Below are positions 1 through 15,535 of a stretch of 64,000 nt of DNA, in pieces; position 1 is the first letter of the stretch, and every line of letters begins with the position of its first letter. The DNA is from the human T2T-CHM13v2.0 reference genome, Homo sapiens. The position numbers and the translations under genes are program-made. The stretch lies in the NCBI RefSeq assembly GCF_009914755.1, contig NC_060925.1; one strand, written 5' to 3'. The notes beneath the pieces were generated by a model. That model was given only the letters and a program-made list of their open reading frames with translations, was not told the DNA's origin and did not search any database.

Positions 1-695
<695 letters not shown>

Positions 696-709
696 AAAAC
701 CTCTAACCT

Positions 710-891
710 GGGGGGAGGGGGGAGGGATAGCATTTGGAGATATACCTAATGCTAAATGACGAGTTAATGGGTGCAGCACACCAACATGGCACACGTATAC
801 ATACGTAACAAACCTGCACATTGTGCACATGTACCCTAAAACTTAACGTATAATAATAATAAAATAAAATAAAATAAAATAGGAAAAAAAT
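710..891 (+). mobile_element. 5'-truncated L1PA (PA4/5-like) 3'UTR
   Basis: gggatagcatttggagatatacctaatgc...gtaccctaaaacttaa plus A-rich tail; 15-bp TSD aaaaacctctaacct (695-709, 892-906). Confidence 0.9.
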
Positions 892-2049
892 AAAAACCTC
901 TAACCTAAAAAAAAAAAGAAAAAGTTCATTTGAGATAGTCACTTGAACAATGACACAAATGATTAATTAATCTTATTTTTTTCCATTAAAAATTTACTAT
1001 GTTTTTGGTGGTACATTTTTAAGGAGGTGTGATCTTATAAAAAGATTGAGTATATTCATAAAAGTTGGGGAATAACAGGTTATTATTTAAACTATTGTAA
1101 CTTGATGCTTTAACTAATACTGCCATTAACTTTTCCAGGACTTCAGGCAACTTGTAACCTTGGAAAAGATACTTCGCATTTCTGATTCAAAAAGTACCTC
1201 TGTACTTTGAATTTCTTAGTGTCCAATTTAAAGTTTGTAGAATAAGCCATTATTTTAGTGTAGTTTGATATTGGCCAATAGTAGGTGAAAAAAATTAGCG
1301 TTCTTTAGCAAACTTACATAATTTTGACTTAGGCCATGGATATTTCCTTCCTTTTCAGTTCCCCTTTCTGCTGTTTTTTAAGTGGCATCTCCATGCAAGA
1401 TTGAGGAAAGATGGCAAAGATCCACATGCCACTATTGTTTAAATGCAAGTCCATGACAACCTGAATCTAAAATGAATGTCCGAGTCAGTGTTAATGAATC
1501 GGTACATTCATAATTGGAAAATCAGCCTTTTTCTCCCTCCCCCTGACTTGCTGATACCTCTCATTAGCTAGTGGTTCTAAGAATGCCTGTGATAAGCATC
1601 TGAAGGCAAAGTTGGATGGAGAAATATTCTAATCCTATTGATAGGAGAAGAAAAGGGAAAGGAGCTGGGATTTTTCACCCAATTTATGGAATTTTAATTA
1701 AACTGAGACTTTATTGTGTTGTTTACAAGCAGGAGGAATACACAGGCAGCTGCATTTTACATACTGAGTAGCTATAAATAGAAGAATTAATATAGAAAAG
1801 ATTAAAAAGCTATGTGGATAATGGGCGTCTGTTACCTCCTGGTACACTATTACGTTTTTATTGAAGAATGCCGGTCTGCATACTTGCCTTTTTAAATTAA
1901 ATTTTCTAAGCAAGAAAGATTGGAACCAGAATTCTGAACCTGGGAACTTATAAGAGAATCTCCCTTTTAATTCTCACACATAACTCTGTAAACATGATTT
2001 ATAATTATATCTAGTTGTATAACTTTTTATTTAAAAACTCTCTTTTTCA

Positions 2050-2155
2050 CCAACTGGTAAAGCTATAACTCATCTGTTTTGTTCACTGCCATCAGCCTCT
2101 GGCATAGGGCCTGTCACAATGTAGGTCCTCAACAAATACTTATGGAATAAGCAAA
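2050..2155 (+). mobile_element. L2 3' end relic
   Basis: ttgttcactgcc...gcctgtcacaatgtaggtcctcaacaaatactt resembles the L2 terminus. Confidence 0.55.
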
Positions 2156-3635
2156 ATAATAATTTTTAAAGAGATTGACTATGAAAAAGTAGTGTGAATA
2201 ATTGTTGTAGCAAAAAATATGTAAGGAACAAATATAAACCTCAACGTGTTAATGACTAATGAGAAAAAAAGATGAAATAATTAATATGCTAAGTTTTTCT
2301 AATGAAAATGCTAATATTATGGAAATAGATCAAAAAATTTTGCAAGGAATTTGTAAGCAAATATTACAAAAGTTTATAAGAAATTAATGTAGTATTACTT
2401 TCTGTGAATGTCCTCTGACTGCAATCTATGCACCAAATACTGTGTCAGCCCTTGAGCAGAATGCATATATCTGGAAAAGCTGGTACCTAAGTGCAAACGG
2501 GCTGGCATTCTAAAAGGAAAAACTAGAAAGTCCTCAAACACCCTAAGGTTGTAAATGTAGAAGATAGAGTGGTGTACCAGTGAGAGCTGGATTAGAAGAC
2601 GGCAGCCTCAGCATTCTAAACTGGATCTTTCTGCTACTGTCGCTTAGACATCCTCTCACAGGAGTGAAAATCTAAATCACACCACCTCCAACTCAGATTG
2701 GCCTTCTAATATTCAAATCAAATGAAACCTTTCATTCTCTAGCTCCTGGGAACTGTCTTAAATTATCCCTACAACTTACTGCCTTCTTCCTGAATTTTAA
2801 TCTTTCAAGAACATGTAACATTTCACTCACACTGAGGCCATGAACAAAGCTGATAAAAAATAAAAAATAAAAAATAAACCCTGCATTATCTGTGAGGATG
2901 GGTGAGCACTGCAATTCTCTCTCTCTTTTTCCTTTAATGATACTATAAGTATTTTAACAACAGTTGTCTCTTCTGGCACACTCAATTTCCAGTTTTCCCT
3001 TTCCAGAAGCAATCATTTCCAACTCTTTTAGCCACTTCTAGTATTTACCACCATATTTGTAAATTGCATGTTAAGTGCTATTCCTTGATTTTCTTTTCCA
3101 TTTTAATGTTGCCTTTTAACTCTCAGATGGAAGACTCTCAGATCTCTAATCTCCACAGAAGATACATTCCCTTTTCCTTTCATTTCAAAATAGATCATTA
3201 ATTATGGCTAAATCATTATTCAATGTTTTCATTATTAGACAATAAAATATTGTTTTCAGCTAAGCCACCAAGATTCTCCTAATAAAAACACCCAATTTTT
3301 TGTTAATTATTCCCAAATTCTCTGACAGAACTAACAAGTCTTCTCTTCATTTTTTCAAATACAGCAGGTAACCTCTCAGGTCATTTTTCTCACAGTGAGG
3401 CATACTTCATGGGTCTCTGTCCTCCTATTCCTATCTAGACTGGAGGCTCTCTCAGCACTATTTTAGTACTTCCTTTGATGATATTTCTGCCAGATGTCAA
3501 TATCTATAGGTACTTTCCTCTTGGACTGCCTGGTCCCTTAGAGGTGCCTTCTCTAATAATCACTTGGGAGTATAAGTCTGGCAGCTAGCAATCTGGGAGC
3601 TGAAAGGAGGAGTGGCTACAAATGGTATTTGCAAT

Positions 3636-4010
3636 TGTCAGGGAAGAAAAACTTTTCTGCTATCCTTTTAGGTCCAGTAACTGGGGGCCTGCAAGTTAAA
3701 CTAAGAAAAGACAGATTAACAGGAGAAAAAGCATACAATTTTTATTAATATTTACATGCACAGAAGTTCACAGAAAAGAAGTGAAACTCAAAGAAGCAGT
3801 TTGACTCCAGGGCTTTATATACCCTTTTAACAAAGAAATAGTCTTTGGACTTTAAGGGACAACATTAAAGGAAAATATATGCCCTGCTTTTAGGTAGATA
3901 AGATGTGGGCAGATAACTCTTTCTGCATCTGTTGATTTTGAATTGCCTTCAGCTCAAAATAATCCCCACTCTAAAGTGGCAAATTTTGGGGTGGCATATT
4001 CTGGGCCACA
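3636..4010. mobile_element. ERV1 (MER4-group) LTR fragment
   Basis: tg start; acagattaacaggagaaaaagcatacaa and cttcagctcaaaataat...ggggtggcatattctg motifs typical of MER4-group LTRs; family and strand uncertain. Confidence 0.55.
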
Positions 4011-4689
4011 TTATGATACATTCATTCCATCCTCCAGTTTTTACTGTGACACTTCACCCCTGGCTTTATACCACCTACTGGGTCTACTCAAATCCAGAGC
4101 CTTCTCTCTGCTTCCTGAATATAGGAGGGGTCATCACTTGGTTAAAATGGGGAATGGGAGATGTGATGGTTTAACTGCTACTCAGAAAGCCTTTCACTCA
4201 GCCCTACTCTTTTCAGTCTCATCCTGCACCCAAAACTTCAAAGATAACTTGTGCCTCCACTTTTTGAGACTTGTTGAGATTCTGCAGATGACTCCATTGC
4301 TCCTTGTTGGGTTTCCCCTCACAGGCTTAGGTTTTAGTTTCTCCATCTAAGTCAGTTACTACTCATCCAACTGTTTTCCAATTTTTATTGACATTGCCTG
4401 CCTGCTGTCTCCTCATCTCGCATTCTCTTTCCTTGTAAGTTTATGCCTTTTTGCACTCCTTTATTTCACATTACTATGATTTTGGGAGAGAATGGAGATA
4501 AACATTTGTTTTTAAATCACCATGTTTAACATAAAATTTCCTGCATTTTCTTTACATGTGAAAGAAACTTAGAACCCGGAAACAAAAGTGACTCCCAATT
4601 TCAGAGCTGCAACTGAAATCCAGGTTTCATAAACTCCCTGCCCCACCAATGACAATATTATGATAATAATAAGACGAAGAATAAAAACA

Positions 4690-4900
4690 GTCATGTATTG
4701 AACAACTACTCTGTGGTTGATAATGTTTACATGTTTTATATATTCTAAGTTTTAGTCCTCACAACAACCCTTAAGATAATGATATTATCTTTAATTTACT
4801 GATGAAACTTAGAATTTCAAAGACATTAAGAAACTTCTCCCAGGCCACAAGTTAGTAAGAGTATAAAAGAAGTTCCAACCTTAGGACTGATTGGCCCAGG
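4690..4900 (-). mobile_element. MIR
   Basis: Reverse MIR core: tcctcacaacaaccct...tttactgatgaaact. Confidence 0.6.
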
Positions 4901-5225
4901 GATCATCTTTTTCCATTAAGTTGCAAGTTGACATTTATAATGGTCCTTAAATGATAGCCAGCATCTCCCAAAGTATTTATTGATAAAATTTTATTGTGCT
5001 GTATTTACAAGAGAAGGGCATTTCAAGCTGAAAAATATGGCCTAAAATTATAAAAGGAAAGCCATAGTTTTTATCAATTATAATAATAATGACTTTTGTT
5101 GGATGTTAACCAATGCCAGACAACATGGAAAAATATGATGGCATGGTTGAGTCTCCCTGTTGTCAAAATTCATACAGAATATAATCAGAGAACAAAATAA
5201 TAGTCAAAAAATAAATGTCAGACAC

Positions 5226-6502
5226 CTTAGTCCATAGCATTTTGCCGTTCGTCCCCCAAAATTCATGTCCTTCTTGCATCCAAAATACATCTGTTTCATT
5301 CAAAAAGTCCCAAAAGTCTGAACTCATTCCAGTAGCAACTCTAAAGTTTAAAGTCCAAAGTCTCATCTAACTATCATCTGATTTAGACATGGGTTAGACT
5401 CAACATATGACTCATTCTGAGGGAAATTTTCCCATGAGCTGTGACCCCGTGAAACCAGAAAAGTTACGTACTTCCAAATTGCAATGGTAGAACAGGCAGA
5501 GGATAGACATTCCCATTCCAAAAGGGAGAGATGTGAGAGGTCCTAAGCAAATTTAAAACCTTGTAATATGGATTTCATCAGATCTTAAGGCTTGAGAATA
5601 ACGCTCTTTGGTTAAGTGCTCTGCCTTCTGAACCCATTGGGGTGACAGCATCATACCCATATAGCTCTAGTGGGGGTTCCACCCTCACAGCTCTGCCACA
5701 TGGTGCTCCTGCTCCCAAGATTCTGGATGGCCACTGCCTGGCCTGTTGAAATGGAGGTGATGCCCCCCACCTTTGAAACCAAGGAGGCAGCCCTGATTAT
5801 CTCTGGATCACCTTCAAAATTATTCTTCCCTTGTCTTGACAAACAGCTCATGTTTGCAGCAAAATAGCTCTATGTCCTGGTCCTGTAGGATCTAAGAATA
5901 CTCACGGTCTTACTCCATTTTGTGTCATCTCTTTACCCTTTAGTTCAAACTAGCAGTGTTTTTGCTGAGGTAACTGACTGGGTCTGGGGTTCATACCCAC
6001 ACTTATCTCCGTATCAAATGGCTATTCAGCCACATCCTTGGTGTTCTTTTCATAAAAAAAAACTTTTTCTTTTTTTGCAAAATGGATAGGCTGAGAATTT
6101 TTTTAAATCTTTAAGTTCTGGTTCTTATTTGCTTAGTAAGTCCTTCTTCCATTTATTTCTTTCCTCTAAAATTTTACTATAAACAGTCAGGAGGAACCAA
6201 GCCTCTCCTTAAATATTTTGCTTAGAAATCTTCTCCACTAAATATCCAATTTTATCTCTCATAAGTTCTACCTTTCACAAACAAGTTCTTTGCCACTTTA
6301 TACCAATGGTCACCTTTTCTCCATTTTGCAATAATATATTTCTCACTTCCATCTGAGATTGCACCAGAATCACCCATAATGTTCGTATTTCTAGCATGCA
6401 TCTCAAAACTCTTCTAGCCTCTACCTATTACCCAGTTTCAAAGCCACTTCCACATCTTTAGATAGGTATTGTAGCAGCACTGCACTCCTTGCTACCAAAA
6501 TC
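5226..6502 (-). mobile_element. MaLR (MLT1A-type) internal sequence with only a ~14-nt remnant of one LTR
   Basis: cccccaaaattcatgtcctt...gacattcccattccaaaaggg...aaagccacttccacat typical of MLT1/MST-int; contiguous with the LTR at 6503. Confidence 0.75.
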
Positions 6503-6903
6503 TGTCTTATTCTCCTTGGGCTGCCATAACAAAATACCATAGACTCTATAGCTTAAATGACAGAAATTTATTCCTCACAGTTCTGGAGTCTGAGAAGTCC
6601 AAGATAAAGATACTAGCCTATGCAGTTCCCTGGTGAGGCCTCACTTCCTGGCTTGCAAACTGTCACTTGCTCACTATGTTCTCACATGGAAGGGATGGAA
6701 GTGGGGAGAGGGGAGAGAGAGACAGAGAAGCAAGCTCTCTGCTGTCCCTTCTTATAAAAACCCTGATCTCATCATGAAGGCTTGACCATCATGACCTCAT
6801 AAAAACTTAATTACTTCTCAAAGGCCCCATCTCCAAACACCATCAAATTGAGGGTTAGGGCTTCGATGTAGGAATTTTGAGGGACACAATTCAGTTCATA
6901 GCA
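6503..6903 (-). mobile_element. MLT1A-type LTR
   Basis: gggctgccataacaaaataccatagact...agttctggag...gggacacaattcagttcatagca. Confidence 0.85.
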
Positions 6904-7025
6904 ATAACTAATCTCAAAAAAAAGGGAAATCACCAAGGAAACAAAGAGATCTAAACCAGGGAGGTAAGCACAAGGTGACTCAGAAAGGGTTCATATTGGG
7001 TGAGAGAAAGGGTTGGTTTTAGATA

Positions 7026-7955
7026 TGAGAAACAAAAATAAAACTCTAAGCCCCCCACCCAACTGAATCAACCCCTTCTTAGCCAAGGGGACCCCTCTCC
7101 CTTGCTAACCACTATAAGACTTTTTTCCTAAGAGTTAAACAGAAACCAGCCCTTTAAAAGATTTGCTTTATTGCACATTTCCCCTCCCTTTTTTGTTTTT
7201 GTTTGTTTGTTTGTTTGTTTTTGTTTTTTGAGACAGAGTCTTACTCTGTGGCCCAGACTGTGTTGTAGAGTGGCATGATTTTGGCTCACTGCAACCTCCA
7301 CTTCTCAGCTCAAGTGACTCTCCAGCAGCTGGGATTCCCAAGTAGCTGGGATTACAGGTGTGTGCCACCACACCCAGCTAATTTTTTTGCATTTTTTATA
7401 GAAACAAGGTTTTGTCATGTTTGCCAGACTGGTCTCAAACTCCTGAGCTCAAAGCAATCCACCCACCTCGGCCTCCCAAGGTGCTAGGCTTATAGGAGTG
7501 AGCCACAGCGTCTGGCCTCCCCTCCCTTTTTGCAGTTTCAACACAGCTGACCAGCATTCCTTCCTGATAAGAGACCACCAATGACAGAATGGTTCTGGCC
7601 AGTCCAGGGAGACTGCATACAGAGTGCCTCTGTGTCCTCCGTTTGACACGTATAATCTAATTTTGCAGTATTTACATGTTAAGACTCTCCACCCCAAAGG
7701 GAACATGGGATGTATGTAACATGCATGTTTGCTTAATATGTGTGCATGGCCCCCTTTCTGAGACTATTCATTGCTCTTCCTATAACCTGTTGAATATGTA
7801 TACTTAATCTATTCAGGATAAATTTCTCTCACCCTTCCTCCTTTGAAGTGCCTGCTTTGGGTTTCTGCCTGAAAACTATGCTTCCCAGCCTGAAGGATGG
7901 CCAGCCTATAAGCTGTAACCCCTTATAAGAAATAAAGCTCTCCTTTTTAAATGTA
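7026..7955 (+). mobile_element. ERV1 solo LTR (MER39-like), split by Alu
   Basis: ctaagcccccc...agccaaggggacccc...accagcattccttcctgataagagaccacc...aagaAATAAAgctctcc. Confidence 0.65.
7194..7517 (-). mobile_element. AluJ
   Basis: Antisense Alu dimer; TSD tcccctcccttttt (7180-7193, 7518-7531). Confidence 0.9.
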
Positions 7956-8329
7956 TGTCCAAATGAGGATAGTAGATGCTGCTCTGAGCTGGAGATTTGA
8001 AGTTAGCTCCCCTAATAAAATGTAGGGCCTCAAAGAGCTTCCTGTTTTGAAAAGGGGACAAAAAAAAATTCTGCTCACTGACCTAGGGAAAGTATCAAAA
8101 ATACTTGTTGTCATTGCAGAGCCTTGGGTACACAAAAATGCTTCCACTTTTAAGAAATCATCTCCAAGGAACCTAATTCCAAGTTCTGTGTGTAGGGAAG
8201 AAATTATATAGAAATATAGAGAGATTAACATAACAGTTGGCCCAGGATTATTTAAACTTCTAGAGTCTACATAGAAGAAAATAATAGTGGATTCACAATA
8301 AGAAAAAAAAAGATGAGCTGAAAATGAGC

Positions 8330-8503
8330 TAACAACAACAAAATCACAGTTGCAGAGAAAATGGGAAAATTGAAAGAGAGGTCTGAGCAAATCTCCCACA
8401 ATGCAGCACACAGAGCTAAACAGATAGTAAAATACATGCGGGACAGAAAGAGGAAATCCAACATATGCCTAATAGGAGTTCCAGGAGAAGAAACTAGAGA
8501 ATG
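8330..8503 (+). mobile_element. Ancient L1M ORF1-region fragment
   Basis: tccaacatatgcctaataggagttccaggagaaga resembles the L1 ORF1 'SNI..IGVPE' segment. Confidence 0.55.
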
Positions 8504-8504
8504 T

Positions 8505-8710
8505 TTATTTATTCACTGAAGTTTTGGTGTGTCAAGCACTGAGGTTTGTGCCTCTAAGTATTATTTCATTTGATCCTTCCATAAGCCTCACTGGTGGTGA
8601 TTTTTACCTTTATTTTAAGATGAATAAACTGAGTCTCAGAGAACTAAAGGGATTTGCCCATGGTCATACAGCTGGCAAATCCAGGTCTTTCTAACTCCAA
8701 TGCCCATGAT
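8505..8710 (-). mobile_element. MIR
   Basis: attttaagatgaataaactgagtctcagaga...tttgcccatggtcatacagct. Confidence 0.65.
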
Positions 8711-9165
8711 TAGTCCTGGAAGACTGGAGAGATATCACAAGAAAGTTAGTCTTTTATGCCATGTCAAAAAGTTAGAATACATTTGGTAAGAAAGAGGGAA
8801 GCTCTTTCCCTTGTTCTTCCTTTTCTAACCTTCTATCCTCCCCTCCAATTCCAAGCGCCATTATGCTTGCTGCCTCCTCATGTCACCATGGCAATGACCA
8901 TATATTCTTGACTCTGTCTTGGAGGATGGTGATAGATCTTCACACTGTTCAGTAAGAATATCTACAAGACAAGAAAACTCTCTGCTAATGCTGATTGCTT
9001 CTCCTCTTGTAACTTTAAGGCATGTATTTTTAGAGTCCCTCTCCAAAAGACTTCTTTTCTTCCATGCAGGGATGAGAATGGAGGTATTAGAGTCCTTTCC
9101 TGTTACATATAAAACACAAACATTGAAGAACAAACAGGTATTTGTTGACAGAGTCTATTTTATCT

Positions 9166-9617
<452 letters not shown>

Positions 9618-11271
9618 GTGTTGTTTTAAAACAAGTATGGCAAATCTTGATATATGAAAACATATTTGAAATAATATTAAGTAGAAAAACCAGGACACAA
9701 AATAAAATGCATTTACTGATTACAATGTTATAAAAGACATAAAAGCCTTTTTATGAGGTTAGAAGAAAATACAGAGATACTAATGGTTGAGTTTTAAAAT
9801 ATTTATGGTGGGTTTTTTGTTTTGCTGAAAAGTTAGTATACACATTTGTAGAAAAAAAAATACTTGCAACTTGAGATAATCTGTATAACCAGTTGCTAAG
9901 AAAAATGTATTTACAACTTTTCTTTGACTCATAATAAAAAATGCTAACTCAGTTTTGTTCTCGAGACATGGAAATGTTAATTGTTTGTTTTCAAATGGAA
10001 ACCATCACACAGAGCATATTTTCTGAATTTACAGGATGAACTTTATTTAAACTGTGATGAATTTAAGAGAAAGATATTATCTAAATCTTTGCTACAGACC
10101 ACCATATCCAGATACAATTTACTGAAACCCCATGATAGACCAGAATTATATAGCCCAGGGTTTATATAGTAAAACCCTGTATAGTGGAATTTTTAAAAAT
10201 ACTGAAGTCTAGTTAGAAAATTTCAGTGGTTATTTCAGAACTTTGTGAAGATCTAAACCATGTGATAGGGAATTCTGGGGAGCCTAAAGATCTCTCCAAG
10301 ACTGCAGTGCAAAAGAAAACTTCTTTTCTTTCAAATATCTTTAATTAGCTAATAGTTACAAAGTGATCAACAAGGAGAATTGACTCAGTAGTTTTTCAGT
10401 AAACTTTATTTGGAATGGCTTCAGTAAGTGTTGCTTTCATGGCACATTTTAAAATTTATACATGTAGATGCTTTCACAGATTGCAAGGGACAGGAAGAAT
10501 TCATTTAATATTTAAACTCTATGTCATGTAAATTATTGATTAGCTTTAATCTAGATACACACGTCGATTCATATTTGTAATCATTGTGCACATATTTTTC
10601 TTTCCAGTTATATGTGCATATCCATGTGTCATCATGTTTAATGACTGTCTATTGCCAAACTTTGTTGGAAGACAGAAAATCTTTTATTAACTGTGAAAGG
10701 CTACACTGTTACCAGCCTAGAGACCAAACACCAACTAGATTGCTTCCAAATGTGTTTACTTATCACATTCCAATTTTTCAACATTTTGTTCATTTCCAAT
10801 TTTTCATTTATTTAGGGGCCTGTTGAATATACTTTTATACAAATTGTCCCTCATTTAGATTATTTCCTTATGACAGATTCAGTAAAAGTGAGATTACAAA
10901 TGGAAATTCAAGCAATATTGATTGACCGCCTACTACCTGGCAATTCCATGGTGTTTTTATATGCATTATCTTGAAAACAGACATTATTTACATATTGGTC
11001 TATTCTTTTCAGTGACTTTTCTTCTGAATATAGATTTATTATTCATGTAATTTGTACCCTGGTTTGTTTTAATATAACATGGATACCTTAAACATTTTCA
11101 AATTACAGTAATAGGATCTTCAGAACAATAGTTTTTAGTGAATCAAGGATTATCCTCACTTTATCTATTCGTCTCAATACCACTGTTTCTATTTTTCAGT
11201 GGTTCTCAGTAGAGTCCCTGCTGGCACCGTTTCAGGAAAGTACAAGAATTTTTCCATCAGAGGATATATAA

Positions 11272-11765
<494 letters not shown>

Positions 11766-12127
11766 TAAGTCTGCCTTTTATGTTGGTGAAGGTGAGGCTG
11801 AAGGAGAAACACATGAAGGGAAGGTAAATGATAAGGTGGTTCAGGGGAATTCTACACCTCAGAAATCCACAAAGTCCACACTGGGATCTTCAAATATTTA
11901 CACTGCAAAGCCTCTTGATGAAAACAGTCATCTCAGATTTGAGAGTTGCTCTAAGGTTGGCAAAATTACTTTGAAATTCTGTCTTGCTCTTGGCAAATTT
12001 ATATACATAGAAAAAAGTCATTATTTTAATCTTTCTGGAAACAGCTCCCGAGAGGATGGAACCATCAAAATTCTAAGATAGCAAGCAAACTAATAGATAA
12101 AAATTCTAAATCATGTTTCTCTTTGGG

Positions 12128-12293
12128 TTTTTTGTTTTGTTTTGTTTTTGAGACAGGGACTCAGTATGTTGGAGTGCCTGGGCAACATAGTGATCATAGA
12201 CCACTATAGCCTTCAGCTCCTGGGCTCAAACGATCCGCCTGCCTGAACCTCTCAAGTAGCTGTAACTACAGGCATGTGCTACCATGTCCAGAT
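12128..12293 (-). mobile_element. Alu monomer (FRAM/AluJ arm)
   Basis: Single antisense arm with T tail. Confidence 0.75.
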
Positions 12294-13307
12294 TCATATT
12301 TCTTTTAAAATACACATAAATATAGCTCCAATCTTTAAGTAGTAGTAATGCTAATTACATTCAAACCATTAAAAAATAAATACCATTAATGAAATGTATC
12401 CATTTGTAATAAAAATAAATTCTTTTGAATCAATATATACTTTTACCAAAGTTCTTTCTTTACTTCCCTGACATATTGTTCCTGGAACTTATGTGATACT
12501 TAATTTTCAACTAAAACATTGTTCTTAGGGAAAATGTAAACCTCATTACGTTCATTACCTTTAAACCCTCAGTTTCCGGGAACACATGGTATTTTATTCT
12601 GTATCCCTTCTCCTCTTAATATGTTATGTTTATTTTATTGATTATAACTTTTTTAATATTTAAAATTCTACTTCTCTATCAACATCAATCAGTATCCTGG
12701 CTCCACTCTATGTAAGAGGAGAAATGAATTCTACCCTTTTCTTCACGTTCCTCCCTGACTTCACTTTCTGCCTTCTGTCAGTTAGACTTTTACATTATAA
12801 TATTAACATTTATTCTGTTTTGCAGCTACAACTGACCCATGTCTTGTCTGAAGGCTGACTCTTAATGTTAAAACTAATATATGCAATGTTAATATTTACA
12901 CCTATGTAAATATTTTTTTCACATTGGTTCAAGAAATATGCTAAGATTACATCTCTTTCTTTTCATGGTCACTATCTGACCCTCTGGCCACATGAAAGAA
13001 AATACGCTTTACTAAAAGTATTCAATGAACTCTATTTTATTACACCATTATTTCATTTTGTTTCATATTTCAACATAATTTTATTGTACAACTTCTGTTT
13101 TTCCTTGAGTTTCTAATCACCATCCTTTTTTTTCATTCATATATGTGTATATATATGAATGAAATATTATATTCCAGGTGAAGCCACATGACTGGTCCCT
13201 GTAGATGGAATGTGAGTGGGAAGTGGGAGTGGGAAGTATTACATGTATCATATGTATATATAACTTACCAGATTCTCAAGTTGTCCTGTCCTTTTAATCA
13301 CATTCAC

Positions 13308-13832
13308 AGTTTTCAATATCCCATGCCTTCTTCTTCCTTGCTTCCCTGAGTATAGTCTTAATACTCTCTTGTAGTAGCACTAATTATTTGTTGTATACCC
13401 GTTTCCTAAAACTTTCTCTATTTGACCTCTGCATTTTCTCCTTTTTCAAGCCTACAGCTGAGACAGTTGGCATTCCACTATCCATCTTGAATCATGATGT
13501 GACCCTGAGTATGAGAGCAAAATGTTAGGATGGTAGAATAGAAATATAAGTGCATAGGTCCAAAATGACAGTGTATAGACATCATGTCAATCCTAGTCTG
13601 CCTGCCTCTGAATTTATTTTATGTGGAAAAGCAACAAATGTCTACCTTGTCTAAATAACTGTTACTTTTTCTATCTATTACATGCAACGAACCTGAACCT
13701 AACTAATATGTATTTAGTTTCCAATATTCAATGCCTTCCTCTTCCTTGCTTTTCTGAGTGTAGTCTTAATATTCTCTTGTAGTAGCACTCATTATTTGTT
13801 TTATATCCATTTCCTGAACCTTTATCTATTTG
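13308..13832 (+). repeat. 117-bp direct repeat pair (13308-13424, 13716-13832)
   Basis: Ungapped manual alignment, 15 mismatches in 117 bp. Confidence 0.92.
13425..13712 (+). mobile_element. MLT1J/K-type LTR, 3' half
   Basis: ccatcttgaatcatgatgtgaccctgag...ctgcctgcctctgaa...acctgaacctaactaata. Confidence 0.65.
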
Positions 13833-13884
13833 GAGAATTCCTTATTTTATGAATCTTGATAAAGAAAAAGAGACCACCTCATTG

Positions 13885-14125
13885 TATAAGAGCTGAAAAT
13901 GCCAGCTAATTGCAGCTAAGTCACAGATGTTTCCTAGGACATCATAGTTAACTGCATCCAGAAGGTGGAAGAGGAAGAAAGAATGTGAAAAAGATCCAGT
14001 CTGACTCTGAAAAGCCTTGCTCTGAAAGGGACGCACATCACTTCCCACTCTCATTCCATTTACAGGGACCAGTCATATGGCTTCACCTGGAAAAAAGCAG
14101 TGGCTGGGAAATGTAGTTCCTAACT
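13885..14125 (-). mobile_element. MLT1J/K-type LTR, 5' half
   Basis: Reverse strand reads actacatttcccagcc...ccatatgactgg...aatggaatgagagtgggaagtgatgtg. Confidence 0.65.
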
Positions 14126-14249
14126 AAAAAGCACCAGGCCCCAGAGTGGCTAATTTCTGTAATACCTTTTACTAAATTCTTCACTCTTCTTGTATTTCTA
14201 TAGTAAGTTTCTATGCATACCAGTGTCAGGTTCTGGACTACATATTTAG

Positions 14250-14759
<510 letters not shown>

Positions 14760-15230
14760 TAAATCAATACTACACTGCTTTAATTATTTCACTTTACCTA
14801 TTAGTAGGCAATTTCCCACTTAATAGTCACCTATGTCAATAACTGCTTAGTTTTTCTTATTCTTTCCTTTCTCCAGATAAATTCTCGAATTATTTTGTTA
14901 CGTTCTTAAAATGTATAATTGAAATTTTGGTTACAATTTTATAAGACTCACAATTTCATTTGGAAAAAAAATGACATCTAAAGGTTTTAAAAACACAGTC
15001 TTTCCATTCAGGAGAGAAATGTAAGGTAATAAATGAAATTTTTTAATACCTGAGACATTTGAGATTTGTCCTCTCTCTTTACATTCTTCGTTAAGCACTT
15101 ATTTCAAAACTTCACTTCTAAAACAGTCTGCAGGATGGAAATGGCTTGCACAATGAGATTCACTGCGCCAATTGAGGACAAGAAACATGTGGTGCCTTAG
15201 TCACGTGGGCCTGCTGTCTTTGTCCATTTT

Positions 15231-15535
<305 letters not shown>

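Noticed and set aside
7947-8411. 154-aa minus-strand ORF
   Set aside because: Antisense of A-rich old L1 sequence; no homology recognised.
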